Of a stretch of 64,000 nucleotides of DNA, positions 9,437 through 20,085 are shown piece after piece (position 1 is the first letter of the stretch; each line of letters starts with the position of its first letter). Source of the stretch: an uncultured Chloroflexia bacterium (lineage in GTDB: Bacteria > Chloroflexota > Limnocylindria > Limnocylindrales > CSP1-4); assembly GCA_963766735.1 (NCBI GenBank), contig CAVYBU010000002.1:256001-320000 (forward strand). The letters are read 5' to 3'. The notes under the pieces are model-generated. The model had not been told where the DNA came from. It made no database searches and saw nothing but the letters and a program-made list of their open reading frames with translations. A program made the position numbers and the translations under genes.

Positions 9437-10540
9437 ATGCAGATTGCCATCGTCGGTCTCGCCGGGTGCGGCAAGACAACCGTGTTCAACACGCTCACGC
9501 GCGGTCATGCCGAGACCGGCGGGTACGGCGGCCTCCAGCTCAACGTCGGGGTGGTGAAGGTTCCCGACCCGCGGCTCGAGAAGCTGGCCGCCGTCTTCAA
9601 GCCGAAGAAGATCGTGCATGCGGACGTCACCTACATCGACCTGCCTGCCCCGCCCGCGTCGACCGAGTTCCACGTCGGGACGGAGGAGCTGCCCGCCGAG
9701 CATCTCGCCCGCCTGCGCGACGCTGACGCGATGATCCACGTCGTCCGCGCATGGGACGATGCTGCGCACCCGCACTTCTCGGGATCCGTGGATCCGGCCC
9801 GTGACCTCGAGAGCCTGGACCTCGAGTTCATCCTCGCGGACCTCGCCATGATCGACCGCCGCCTCGGGCGCCTCAAGGACTCGGGCCGCCACGGCACCCC
9901 GGCGGAGCGCGAGGCGAACGAGCGGGAAGAGGTGATCCTGACGCGCCTCAAGCCAGCCCTCGAAGCCGGCCGCCCGATTCGCGACGAGGACATGGACGCC
10001 GACGAGGAGAAGGCGCTGCGTGGCTTCCGCTTCCTGACCCAGAAGCCCGTGCTGATCCTGCTCAACGTTGGCGAGGGGGACCTGGCGGAGGCGCCGGCGC
10101 TGGTCGAGAGCATCCGGAGCACGTATGACCACCGGCACGCGATGGTGGACGCCCTCTCCGCCAAGATCGAGATGGAGCTGGGCGAGCTTGAGACCGAAGA
10201 GGCGGCCGTGTTCATGGAAGAGCTGGGGCTCGCCGAGTCTGCCCTGGACCGGGTCATCGCCCTGTCCTACCGCCTGGTCGGCCTGATCAGCTTCCTGACC
10301 GCCGGCCCGGACGAGGTCCGCGCCTGGCCGGTTCCGGACGGCTCCAACGCCGTGGACGCGGCCGCAGCCATCCACACGGACCTCGCCCACGGGTTCATCC
10401 GCGCCGAGACGATCGGGTACGAGGAGCTGCTGGCGATGGGCTCGATCGCGGAGGCCAAGAAGCACGGCAAGGTGCGGTCGGAGGGCAAGACCTACCAGGT
10501 GCGCGACGGGGACGTCATCGAGATCCTGTTCAGCAGGTGA
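9437..10540 (+). CDS. ychF: YchF/OLA1 ATPase
   Basis: GLAGCGKTT P-loop, VKVPDPRL, FLTAGPDEVRAW, IHTDLAHGFIRAE and C-terminal EGKTYQVRDGDVI (TGS domain). Confidence 0.92.
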   Translation: MQIAIVGLAGCGKTTVFNTLTRGHAETGGYGGLQLNVGVVKVPDPRLEKLAAVFKPKKIVHADVTYIDLPAPPASTEFHVGTEELPAEHLARLRDADAMIHVVRAWDDAAHPHFSGSVDPARDLESLDLEFILADLAMIDRRLGRLKDSGRHGTPAEREANEREEVILTRLKPALEAGRPIRDEDMDADEEKALRGFRFLTQKPVLILLNVGEGDLAEAPALVESIRSTYDHRHAMVDALSAKIEMELGELETEEAAVFMEELGLAESALDRVIALSYRLVGLISFLTAGPDEVRAWPVPDGSNAVDAAAAIHTDLAHGFIRAETIGYEELLAMGSIAEAKKHGKVRSEGKTYQVRDGDVIEILFSR

Positions 10541-10597
10541 CCGCCACCGGGCAGACGGCGAGGCCGCCGCGGACGCCGGCGAGGTCGAGAGTCTCGA

Positions 10598-10942
10598 TCA
10601 GTTGAGGCGCGGGTCGCCAGGAGGGAGATCCGCCAGGATCGTCGCGTAGTCCACGCCCTCCTCCTCGGTGTCGAGGTCCGCGAGGAAGTTCTCCTCGTCC
10701 TCCTTGGACACGTTCACGGCCGCGGTGAGGCGGTCGTCGCTGATGGCGACGAACTCGTAGTCGCGCTCCAGTTCCTCTGCAATGGCTTCCACCAGCGTGT
10801 TGCTCACGTGGGTGTCCTGGACCCTGCGGCGGATCGACTGGACGAGGTCGAAGAAGTCCTCCGCGTCCATCTCCTCCTCGCGCGCAAGGAGCAGGTCGGC
10901 GAAGATGTCGTCGTCACCCTCGTGAAGCTCGTAGAAGTGCAT
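10598..10942 (-). CDS. Small acidic hypothetical protein (114 aa)
   Basis: MHFYELHEGDDDIFADLLL... with typical high-GC codon usage and a GAGG SD upstream. Fills the gap between ychF and pfkB. Confidence 0.75.
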   Translation of the reverse strand: MHFYELHEGDDDIFADLLLAREEEMDAEDFFDLVQSIRRRVQDTHVSNTLVEAIAEELERDYEFVAISDDRLTAAVNVSKEDEENFLADLDTEEEGVDYATILADLPPGDPRLN

Positions 10943-11051
10943 GATGTGAACCTCGGTCGGGAGGCGGCCGAGAAGCAAGGGCCGCGGTGCCAGGCGCGTG
11001 CCGGGCACGGCCAGTATAGGCGGGCTCCTGAGGGGTCCCGGCGGAGGATGG

Positions 11052-11966
11052 ATGAACGAGACGCCCGCGGTCGTTGTGATCGGCTCCGCGTGCCGGGACC
11101 TGGTGGACGATGACGATCGCGGCTGGCGGCTGGGTGGCGGCGCCTCGTACTCCGCCTTCGCGCTGGCGCGGCTCGGCCTCAAGGTGGGTGCCCTGGTCGT
11201 CGCGGATCCGCTCGCCGCAGGCTCGCGCGAGATCCAGATGCTCAGGGACCACGGGGTCGAGGTCGAGATCGTGCCCGGGGCCAGCGGACCGATCTTCATC
11301 AACGTTGAGACACCCACGGGTCGAATCCAGCAGACACCGCAGGTTTCGGATCCCGTGGATCCGGCCGCGCTGCCCGCGGCATGGCGCAGGGCCCCCGCTT
11401 GGATGTTCGGTCCGGTTGCAGCCGAGGTGCCCGCCGCGTGGGCGGACGTGCCGCCAGCCGATGCCCTCGTGGCCCTCGGGTGGCAGGGGATGCTCCGGGT
11501 CCTGACGCCCGGTGGCGAGGTCCGTCACCTTCCCCCGAGCCCAAGTGCGGTCGTGCGCCGCGCGGACCTGATAGGCGTCGGGCGGGATGACATCGACGCA
11601 TCCATCGGGCCCGCCCAGCTCACCGCTCTCATGCACCCGGGTGCCACGCTGCTGTTCACCGACGGGGTCCACGGCGGGAACGCATACGAGGTGGGTGAGA
11701 ACGGCGGGGTTGCCGCGACGCGTCACTGGCACTCCATCCCCATCCGCGACTACGTGGACGCGGTCGGGGCAGGGGACACCTTCCTGTCGGGCGTCTTCGC
11801 GGCGCTGGTGGACCCGAGCCTGACCTCGGCCTGGACCGGCCCGGATCCCGAGCTGCGCCTGGGTGCCGCCTGCGGGTCCCTGGTCCTCGAGGGTCCCGGC
11901 CTGTTCGGGATCCCGGATCACGACACCGCGCTGCGCCGGATGTTCGGGGGCGACAACCCGGACTGA
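11052..11966 (+). CDS. PfkB/ribokinase-family carbohydrate kinase
   Basis: N-terminal GGGASY..ALARLG and C-terminal DAVGAGDTF signature. GGAGG SD before ATG 11052. Confidence 0.85.
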   Translation: MNETPAVVVIGSACRDLVDDDDRGWRLGGGASYSAFALARLGLKVGALVVADPLAAGSREIQMLRDHGVEVEIVPGASGPIFINVETPTGRIQQTPQVSDPVDPAALPAAWRRAPAWMFGPVAAEVPAAWADVPPADALVALGWQGMLRVLTPGGEVRHLPPSPSAVVRRADLIGVGRDDIDASIGPAQLTALMHPGATLLFTDGVHGGNAYEVGENGGVAATRHWHSIPIRDYVDAVGAGDTFLSGVFAALVDPSLTSAWTGPDPELRLGAACGSLVLEGPGLFGIPDHDTALRRMFGGDNPD

Positions 11967-11967
11967 C

Positions 11968-13455
11968 CTACGCGTTGCTCTCGCGCGCGGCTGATGCGTC
12001 GCGCCGGATTCGCGCTGCCAGGCGGGCCCCCCGGCGCAGGAGATCCGCCTCCACCCGAGGGTAGGGTCGCCCCGTCGCCCGCGAGCGCTCGAGCAGCCGC
12101 CTTGCCGCCCGAGTCGCCGCCAGCGCGCCCGACGCGTCCCCCAGGCGATGCTCGCGCAACTTCGCCACCTCGATCCACGCGATCGCGCCCAGGCCGCCAC
12201 CCGCCGCGGCTGCCGTCTGCCATGCCTCCGCGGCCTCCGCCCAGCGGCCGAGCCGGCGCAGGACGCGGGCGCGCTCTGCGACAAGCCGTTCGTCGGTCCA
12301 GCGGGCACCCGCGTCCCAGGACGTCGCCGCCGCGACCGGCCCGAGCGGCCCCCCGCGCCCGTTGGCGAGGTCCCCGCGCCAGCCCGCGCGGGGTGGCCTG
12401 CCACCGAAATCGGGTCGCGTCCGCGGTGTCCACCAGGCGTCCCGTTCCGCCTCCATGGCCTCCCTGGCCGTCGCAGGTGCGACCGGCGACCGTCCGAACG
12501 GGTCCCGGGCCTCCCCCGGCGCCGCCAGCGCATCATCGAGGCACTCGAGGGCCTCGTCGTGGCGGCGCTCCCGTCCGTACGCCCGCGCCAGCCCGGCCAG
12601 GTCCCCGCGCGGAGCGTCGCGGCGCGAGGAGCGCTCCGCATATCGCCGATCCACGTGCGAGAGGAGCAAGCCGAGCGAGCGAACGTCCTTCTCGTTGTGG
12701 ATGACGACGCCCGCAAGCGCGTCCACGGGCCCGCCTCGGAGGACGTCCAGGTAGATCCCGGGTATCTCCCAGCCCGCCACGTCCCCGATCCGCGAGACGT
12801 CCAGCAGCTGGTTCTCGACGGTCTGAAGGCGCGCGTCCTCCATGCGATGCCTGAAGACCCGGCGGACGAACGGCAGCAGGTCCAGGTGGCCGGCATGCGC
12901 GGGCGCGGCTCGTCCGGCCAGCCGGAACCTGGCCTCGATCAGGGGCCAGTCGAAGCCTCGCCCGTTGTAGCTCACGAGCCACGCGTCCGGCGTGACCCAG
13001 GTTTCGATCTCCGCGAGCAGCGCGGGCTCGTCCGCGTGGTCCGGGAGGAGCAGCTGCGTCTGGCGGAAGTCCGTGCCGTCCCAGCGTGCGAGCCCGACGA
13101 GGAACGCCAGCGTGCCGGCCGCCGTGGCGAGGCCCGTCGTCTCCGTATCCAGGCAGACAAGCGGCACGTCCGACGGTGGGTGGCCGGGGAGCTTCGCGAG
13201 TCGCTCCCGGTCCAGCGGCATCGCCACGGGGGCCAGGACGCGTCGCACCAGCCAGCCGCCCGGCGTGTCCAGGGCTTCGGCCCCCAGCGCCGCGGCGAGC
13301 CGCACGGCGAGCGTCCCGTCCCGGCGGCCCGAGAACGGCGCCCTGGAGGGCAGCTGATCCGGTCCCGCGGCAGGCCCCCCGGCCCGGGCGATGGATGCCC
13401 GCAGGTTGGCCAGCCGGCGCTCCCGCGTGACGGCGGCGAGCGGCTCCGCGGTCAT
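11968..13455 (-). CDS. mrfB: RNase H-like DEDD exonuclease with TPR-like C-terminus (MrfB/YprB-like)
   Basis: CLDTETTGL, SYNGRGFDWP, HLDLL and HNEKDV. Overlaps the helicase stop codon. Confidence 0.8.
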   Translation of the reverse strand: MTAEPLAAVTRERRLANLRASIARAGGPAAGPDQLPSRAPFSGRRDGTLAVRLAAALGAEALDTPGGWLVRRVLAPVAMPLDRERLAKLPGHPPSDVPLVCLDTETTGLATAAGTLAFLVGLARWDGTDFRQTQLLLPDHADEPALLAEIETWVTPDAWLVSYNGRGFDWPLIEARFRLAGRAAPAHAGHLDLLPFVRRVFRHRMEDARLQTVENQLLDVSRIGDVAGWEIPGIYLDVLRGGPVDALAGVVIHNEKDVRSLGLLLSHVDRRYAERSSRRDAPRGDLAGLARAYGRERRHDEALECLDDALAAPGEARDPFGRSPVAPATAREAMEAERDAWWTPRTRPDFGGRPPRAGWRGDLANGRGGPLGPVAAATSWDAGARWTDERLVAERARVLRRLGRWAEAAEAWQTAAAAGGGLGAIAWIEVAKLREHRLGDASGALAATRAARRLLERSRATGRPYPRVEADLLRRGARLAARIRRDASAARESNA

Positions 13456-15758
13456 GCGACCGCCGCCCGGTCGCGTGCCCCGGCCCCCAGGGCGGCCAGC
13501 AGCCGAAGGGCGAGCGACTTGCCGTCCACGTCGGGCTCCAGGCGCGGACCGGTGCAGGCCGGGCATCCGGCGTCGCACGGGCAGTCCCGGATGAGGTCGA
13601 CCGCGCCGGCGACCAGCTCGTCGTGACGGGCGAACAGCCGCTCCGACAGCCCCACGCCGCCCGGCATCGCCTCGTAGAGGTAGATGGTGGGTGCCTCGTG
13701 GTGGGGCGAGCGGACCTGGGACACGAGCCCGAGGTCCCGTGGGTCCACCATCAGGAGCACGGCGGACACCGCCTGGATTGCCCGGCCGGCCCCGATCAGC
13801 GCCACGTCCAGCTCGTCCCGGCGCCACCCGGTTGCCGCGCCCTCCGCGGTCAGCCAGTACGCGGTGGTCTGGAGCTCGATCTCCGGCAGGTCGATGGGCC
13901 CCCAGCCCACGTTCTCGTCCGTCCCGAACTTGAGCTTCTTGTAGAGCGTCACGAGGCTCGCGACCATGACCTCGCCATGGACGCGGGTCCCACCGGTGGC
14001 AGGCGCCGTGGCGAAGACGTCGAGCGGCTTGAGCGTCACCGCGCGGTTGGCATAGGTGTAGTGGTCCGCGTCGATCCGGTGGACGTACGCCTTCCGTTCG
14101 CCCCACTCCAGCCGGTCAACGTGGTACTGCGTGGAATCGTGCATGTAGATGGCGTGCTCGTGGACCAGGACCTGGGCGCTGAACAGGTCCACCTCGCCCA
14201 GGACGCGTGGCCGGTCCGGTGAGGTGTCGATGATCACGACGTTCTCGGGTGCCGCGGAGCGGAGCGACACCTCCGACGCCGGGAAGTTCTCCGAGCTCCA
14301 GTACCACCTCCCGTCCTCCGCCTGGCGGACCTGGCCACCCTCGCCCAGGAACGCGAGCAGGTCGTCCGCAGGCCCCGGCCCGAACCACTCAAGGGGCTCG
14401 AACGGCAGCTCGAACGTGGCGGCGCGGATGTGCGCAAGCAGCACGTGGAGGTTGTCCGGGTCCAGGCGGGCCTCCTCGGGGCGCCCGCCCAGCACGAACT
14501 CCGGGTGGTGGATGACGTACTGGTCCACCGGCGCCGGCGAGGCCACGAGCACCGCGACGCTGACGTCCCCGCGCCGGCCCGCCCTGCCCATCTGCTGCCA
14601 GGTCCCGGCGATCGAACCCGGATAGCCGGCCAGGATGGCCACGTCGAGCCGCCCGATGTCCACCCCCAGCTCCAGCGCGTTCGTGCTGACGACGCACAGC
14701 ACCTCTCCGTCCCGCAGGCCTCGCTCGATGGCGCGGCGCTCCGTGGGCAGGTAGCCGCCCCGATAGCCGCGCACCCGGTTCCGCGGGCCCAGGTCCTGGC
14801 GCAGCCGTTCGCGCAGGTTGCTGAGCATGATCTCGACCGCCACCCGGGACTTCCCGAAGACGACGGTCTGGCGGCCCGCGCGCAGGAATGGCAGCGCCCA
14901 GCGCTCCGCCAGGGTGAGAGCGGAGCCGCGAGCCCCGGTGGAGCCGTCGATCACCGGTGGGTCCACCAGGAGCAGGTGCTTCTCGCCCGACGGGGCGCCG
15001 TTGCGATCCACCAGCCGGGACGGCCGCCCCGTGAGCGTCTCCGCCAGCTCCGCCGGGTTCCCGATCGTTGCCGAGCAGCACACGATGACGGGATGGCTGC
15101 CGTAGTGCGCGCACAGCCGCAGCAGCCTGCGCAGCACGTTCGCCACGTGGCTGCCGAAGACACCGCGGTACGTGTGCAGCTCGTCGATGACGATCACCTG
15201 GAGCTGCTCGAACAGCTGGAACCACTTGGTGTGGTGGGGGAGGATGGCCGAGTGGAGCATGTCCGGGTTGGTCACCACCACCTGCCCGGCCTTGCGGATT
15301 GCCGAGCGGATTGGCGCCGGCGTGTCCCCGTCGTAGCACGCCGACGAGATCTCCAGCTCGGCGTCCCTGACCAGCTCCGAGAACTCGGCCACCTGGTCCT
15401 GGCCGAGCGCCTTGGTGGGGAAGAGGAACAGTGCCCGCGCGGACGGATCCTCGGCCAGGGCCTGCAGCACCGGCACCGTGTAGCAGAGCGACTTGCCGGA
15501 CGCGGTGGGCGTGACCACGACGACGTCCTCGCCTGCGTGAACCGCCTCGATCGCGTCCGCCTGGTGCGTATACGGTCGCTCGATACCGCGCCTGGCCAGC
15601 CCGTTGCGGATCCGTGGGTCCAGCCATTCCGGCCAGTCCGCGTGGACCGCCTCCCGGGCAGGTCGGACCTCGTGGTGGACCACGCCACGGGCGAGCGAGG
15701 GCTCCTCCAGCAGGCGCTGGAGGACGGCCAGGGTCGGGGCGGGGGCGTAGGTGCGCAT
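13452..15758 (-). CDS. mrfA: DEAD/DEAH-box helicase with DUF1998 Zn domain (MrfA/YprA/Hrq1-like)
   Basis: TPTASGKS, DELH, CSAT, TNALELGVDIG, QQMGRAGRR and C-terminal CPCDAGCPAC. Confidence 0.88.
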   Translation of the reverse strand: MRTYAPAPTLAVLQRLLEEPSLARGVVHHEVRPAREAVHADWPEWLDPRIRNGLARRGIERPYTHQADAIEAVHAGEDVVVVTPTASGKSLCYTVPVLQALAEDPSARALFLFPTKALGQDQVAEFSELVRDAELEISSACYDGDTPAPIRSAIRKAGQVVVTNPDMLHSAILPHHTKWFQLFEQLQVIVIDELHTYRGVFGSHVANVLRRLLRLCAHYGSHPVIVCCSATIGNPAELAETLTGRPSRLVDRNGAPSGEKHLLLVDPPVIDGSTGARGSALTLAERWALPFLRAGRQTVVFGKSRVAVEIMLSNLRERLRQDLGPRNRVRGYRGGYLPTERRAIERGLRDGEVLCVVSTNALELGVDIGRLDVAILAGYPGSIAGTWQQMGRAGRRGDVSVAVLVASPAPVDQYVIHHPEFVLGGRPEEARLDPDNLHVLLAHIRAATFELPFEPLEWFGPGPADDLLAFLGEGGQVRQAEDGRWYWSSENFPASEVSLRSAAPENVVIIDTSPDRPRVLGEVDLFSAQVLVHEHAIYMHDSTQYHVDRLEWGERKAYVHRIDADHYTYANRAVTLKPLDVFATAPATGGTRVHGEVMVASLVTLYKKLKFGTDENVGWGPIDLPEIELQTTAYWLTAEGAATGWRRDELDVALIGAGRAIQAVSAVLLMVDPRDLGLVSQVRSPHHEAPTIYLYEAMPGGVGLSERLFARHDELVAGAVDLIRDCPCDAGCPACTGPRLEPDVDGKSLALRLLAALGAGARDRAAVA

Positions 15759-15810
15759 GCCGGGCTCCCGGGGTGTCAAACAGAACGGATGAGCGATATC
15801 AGCCGAAGCA

Positions 15811-15851
15811 TACGACACGCTGCGACATGGCTGTGACAGGTTGCGTGTCAC
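15811..15851. promoter_or_regulatory. Phased T(A/G)(C/T)GACA repeats plus a GTGACA-N7-TGTCAC palindrome; candidate WYL/YafY-type operator over the mrfAB promoter
   Basis: TACGACA 15811, TGCGACA 15821, TGTGACA 15832 and inverted TGTCAC 15846. A minus-strand TATGCT -10 lies at 15807-15812. Confidence 0.5.
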
Positions 15852-15903
15852 GTCCCGTGCGTGGGCGCTCGACCCGGGACGGGCGGAGAGCGCACGAAAC
15901 GAG

Positions 15904-15932
15904 TTGACAGCCGAATCGGGCGCAGCTACCCT
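15904..15932 (+). promoter_or_regulatory. Sigma70-type promoter TTGACA-17-TACCCT, leaderless start of the ftsB-like gene
   Basis: Perfect -35 at 15904-15909, 17-nt spacer, -10 at 15927-15932, ATG 7 nt later. Confidence 0.7.
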
Positions 15933-15939
15933 CGGTCCG

Positions 15940-16497
15940 ATGCCGCGATCCGCCAGCCACCCAGGCTCCGAGCCCCCGCTCGATACGCCCGCCCGGCGCG
16001 TGCCGGAACCGGGTACGGCCACACCCACGCCGGCCGCAACCGCATCGTTGGGCAGCCTGTCGGATCTGCCCGTCGCCGGTCTCACGCGTCGGCGGATCGC
16101 GCTCCTGATCGGCTCCCTCGTCGCCGCCTGGGTGATCATCCTGTTCGCCCGCCAGGTCGGCGAAGCCAGCGATGCGACCTCCCGGGCCGTGGACATGCGC
16201 ACCGCGAACGTCGTGCTCGCGGCCGAGGTGGCCGCACTCGAGGACGAGCTGACGCTGATCCAGCGCCGCGCCTACATCGAGCAGCAGGCGCGCGGGTACA
16301 GGCTCGGCAAGCCGCGCGAGATCCCGTTCGCGCTCGCCGACGATGCGCCGGCCCTGGCTGCCGATGCCCCCGGCACGGCCGCGGCCCGCCTCGGCACCGT
16401 CGTGGACCGGGCAGGCCCGCTCGAGGCCTGGCTCCAGATGCTGTTCGGTCCGGGCGGCAATCCGGCAGCTACCCCAGGGCCCGCCGCCGGCGGCTGA
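15940..16497 (+). CDS. Septum formation initiator (FtsB/DivIC family)
   Basis: One TM helix, then a coiled coil and YIEQQARGYRLGKPREI, which resembles the FtsB AR..LG...PGE motif. Confidence 0.7.
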   Translation: MPRSASHPGSEPPLDTPARRVPEPGTATPTPAATASLGSLSDLPVAGLTRRRIALLIGSLVAAWVIILFARQVGEASDATSRAVDMRTANVVLAAEVAALEDELTLIQRRAYIEQQARGYRLGKPREIPFALADDAPALAADAPGTAAARLGTVVDRAGPLEAWLQMLFGPGGNPAATPGPAAGG

Positions 16498-16518
16498 CGC
16501 TCGCCGGGGAGGCGATCG

Positions 16519-17558
16519 TCAACGGACCCTCGAGGCGACCCGCGCCGCCAGCGCGCAGGTGGCGGCTGACGTGAGCTCACCGTCCTCGTTCGTCCCCAAC
16601 CCCGAGCTGGTGATGGTCGGATCGATGAGGCTCACGTAGACGAGGGTGTCACCGCGCCGCACAAGCACGCCGTAGGACCCGGCCTCCGATCGGGCCGTGC
16701 AGAACGCCTCATCGCCCTCCGGCGCGTCGCCGGCGTAGTAGCCGCCGGACCGGGCGGTGTCCAGCGCTGAGCGGTAGTCGCGCGACGCGTCGCCCCCCAC
16801 CTGCCGCGCGATGCGCCCGGTGGTCGAGCTCTCGGCGACGATCCAGCAGTCCTCGGCGTCGGGGAGGGCCCGTTTGTCGAGCAGCCTGCCGACGGTCGCA
16901 TCCACGACCCCGCCCAGGGGGAATGCCTCGGCGGCGTCATCCAGCGCGTTGGACAACTGGTCCGAGGAGATCAGCGTGCACTCGGCCATGGTGCCGTCCG
17001 GTCCGAGGCCCATGTCCTCGGCGAACCGCTGGCCTACGACCATCAGCGCGACCGCGCCGAGAATGATGAGCACCACACCGATCGCGGCCACGATCAGGCA
17101 GCCCTTGACGCATCCACTGCCGCTGGAGGGCGCGGGCGCAGGCGCCCAACCGACGGGCGGGCCTCCCGGGGCGCCGGGACCGCTGGGTCCCCAACCCTGT
17201 GCCGGCTGGGGCGGCGCACCCCAGCCGCCGGGCGGCTGCTGCTGGGCGGGACCGCCCCAGCTGGGGACCTGCTGGGGCGGCTGCTGCGAGGCGGGCGCAC
17301 CCCAGCCGCCGGGCGGCTGCGGCGGTTGGGCTCCCCAGGATGGCTGCTGCGAGGCAGGATCCGGAACGCCCCACGGCGCGTCGGGGACCGGTTCGACGAC
17401 CGGCGGCTCGGCCCCAGCCGGCACGCCACCTCCGGCAACGCCACCTCCGGCGGGGTGGCCTCGGGCGGCCAGGGTGCCGTGGCCTCTTCGGCGTCGGGTT
17501 CCGGCCTGGACTGGCCCCAGCCGGGGACAGGATCCCCGCCCGGCGTCGCATCGGACAT
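16519..17558 (-). CDS. Membrane protein with Pro/Gln/Gly/Trp-rich N-terminus and Cys-containing extracellular domain; frameshift at about 17425
   Basis: ORF 17558 (MSDATPGGDPVPGW...) joins ORF 16519-17424 if one T is restored in the second GAGGTGGCG(T)TGCCG repeat. QPPGGWGAP repeats precede a GCVKGCLIV TM segment. Confidence 0.65.
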
Positions 17559-17702
17559 CGATCGATCCCCTGTACGGTCGTGCTGGCTGCCCGCATTGTC
17601 CGACTTTGAGAGCGGTTGCTCACCGCCGATCCGCGTCGCGCAGGGGCGCGATCAACGGCTCTGGCATGTCGGCGAGCATGGCGCTAGAATCCGGGCGGCC
17701 AC

Positions 17703-17777
17703 GGCGGAGTAGCTCAGTGGTAGAGCAGGGGACTCATAAGCCCTTGGTCGGTGGTTCAAATCCGCCCTCCGCTACCA
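17703..17777 (+). tRNA. tRNA-Met (CAT), probably elongator
   Basis: Cloverleaf GGCGGAG...CTCCGCT-ACCA with D arm GCTC/GAGC, anticodon CAT at 17735-17737, GGTTCAAATCC T arm and encoded CCA. G2:C71, C3:G70 and A73 fit Met identity; no C1:A72 mismatch. TAGAAT -10 upstream. Confidence 0.92.
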
Positions 17778-17789
17778 ATCGATATCAAC

Positions 17790-17815
17790 ACGCCCGGGCT
17801 CCATGGCCCGGGCGT
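17790..17815 (+). terminator. Hairpin downstream of the tRNA
   Basis: ACGCCCGGGC-tccatg-GCCCGGGCGT, 10-bp stem with only a weak U tail. Confidence 0.55.
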
Positions 17816-18030
17816 TCGACTATCCGCCGCGGTCGAATGCCGTCCGGGTCCGGATCGTGGCGAAACCTGAACCTCGATGCAATCGGGGATGCATCACCCG
17901 GACGGGCGTGTCGGCCGCACAACTGGTAGGGTCGGCAGCAGGCCCGCTTCGGCGGCCGTCGGGAACCCCGGCGGTATACTCGCCCGAATACCGGTCCCCA
18001 CCGGACTTGTCCCCCTCGGAGGCGCTCCGT

Positions 18031-19971
<1,941 letters not shown>

Positions 19972-20010
19972 CCGGTCCCGGCACACGCCGGACACCACAC
20001 GACCATCGAA

Positions 20011-20038
20011 GAGGGGCGGACCCGCCGGTCCGCCCCTC
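20011..20038 (+). terminator. Hairpin after ftsH
   Basis: GAGGGGCGGACC-cgcc-GGTCCGCCCCTC, perfect 12-bp stem. Confidence 0.65.
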
Positions 20039-20085
20039 GTGCCGTCCGCTACGATCGTTCTGCCCCCCGAAGCCACGGAGATCCG

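Noticed and set aside
11968-15758. Helicase-nuclease pair as an anti-phage system (DISARM/Druantia-like DUF1998 helicase)
   Set aside because: The architecture matches the MrfA-MrfB repair pair, with no methylase, PLD or other defence genes nearby.
15783-15794. LexA (GAAC-N4-GTTC) box upstream of mrfA
   Set aside because: GAACggatGAGC has two mismatches in the second half-site, too weak to call.
17703-17777. A31:G39 mismatch as a sign of a pseudo-tRNA, or identity as initiator or Ile2 tRNA
   Set aside because: All other arms and the CCA end are intact, there is no C1:A72 initiator mismatch, and acceptor-stem pairs fit elongator Met. Ile2 is not fully excluded.
17703-18030. tRNA-Met as an island integration site
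   Set aside because: No adjacent integrase, I noticed no duplicated tRNA 3' end in the window, and ftsH follows directly.
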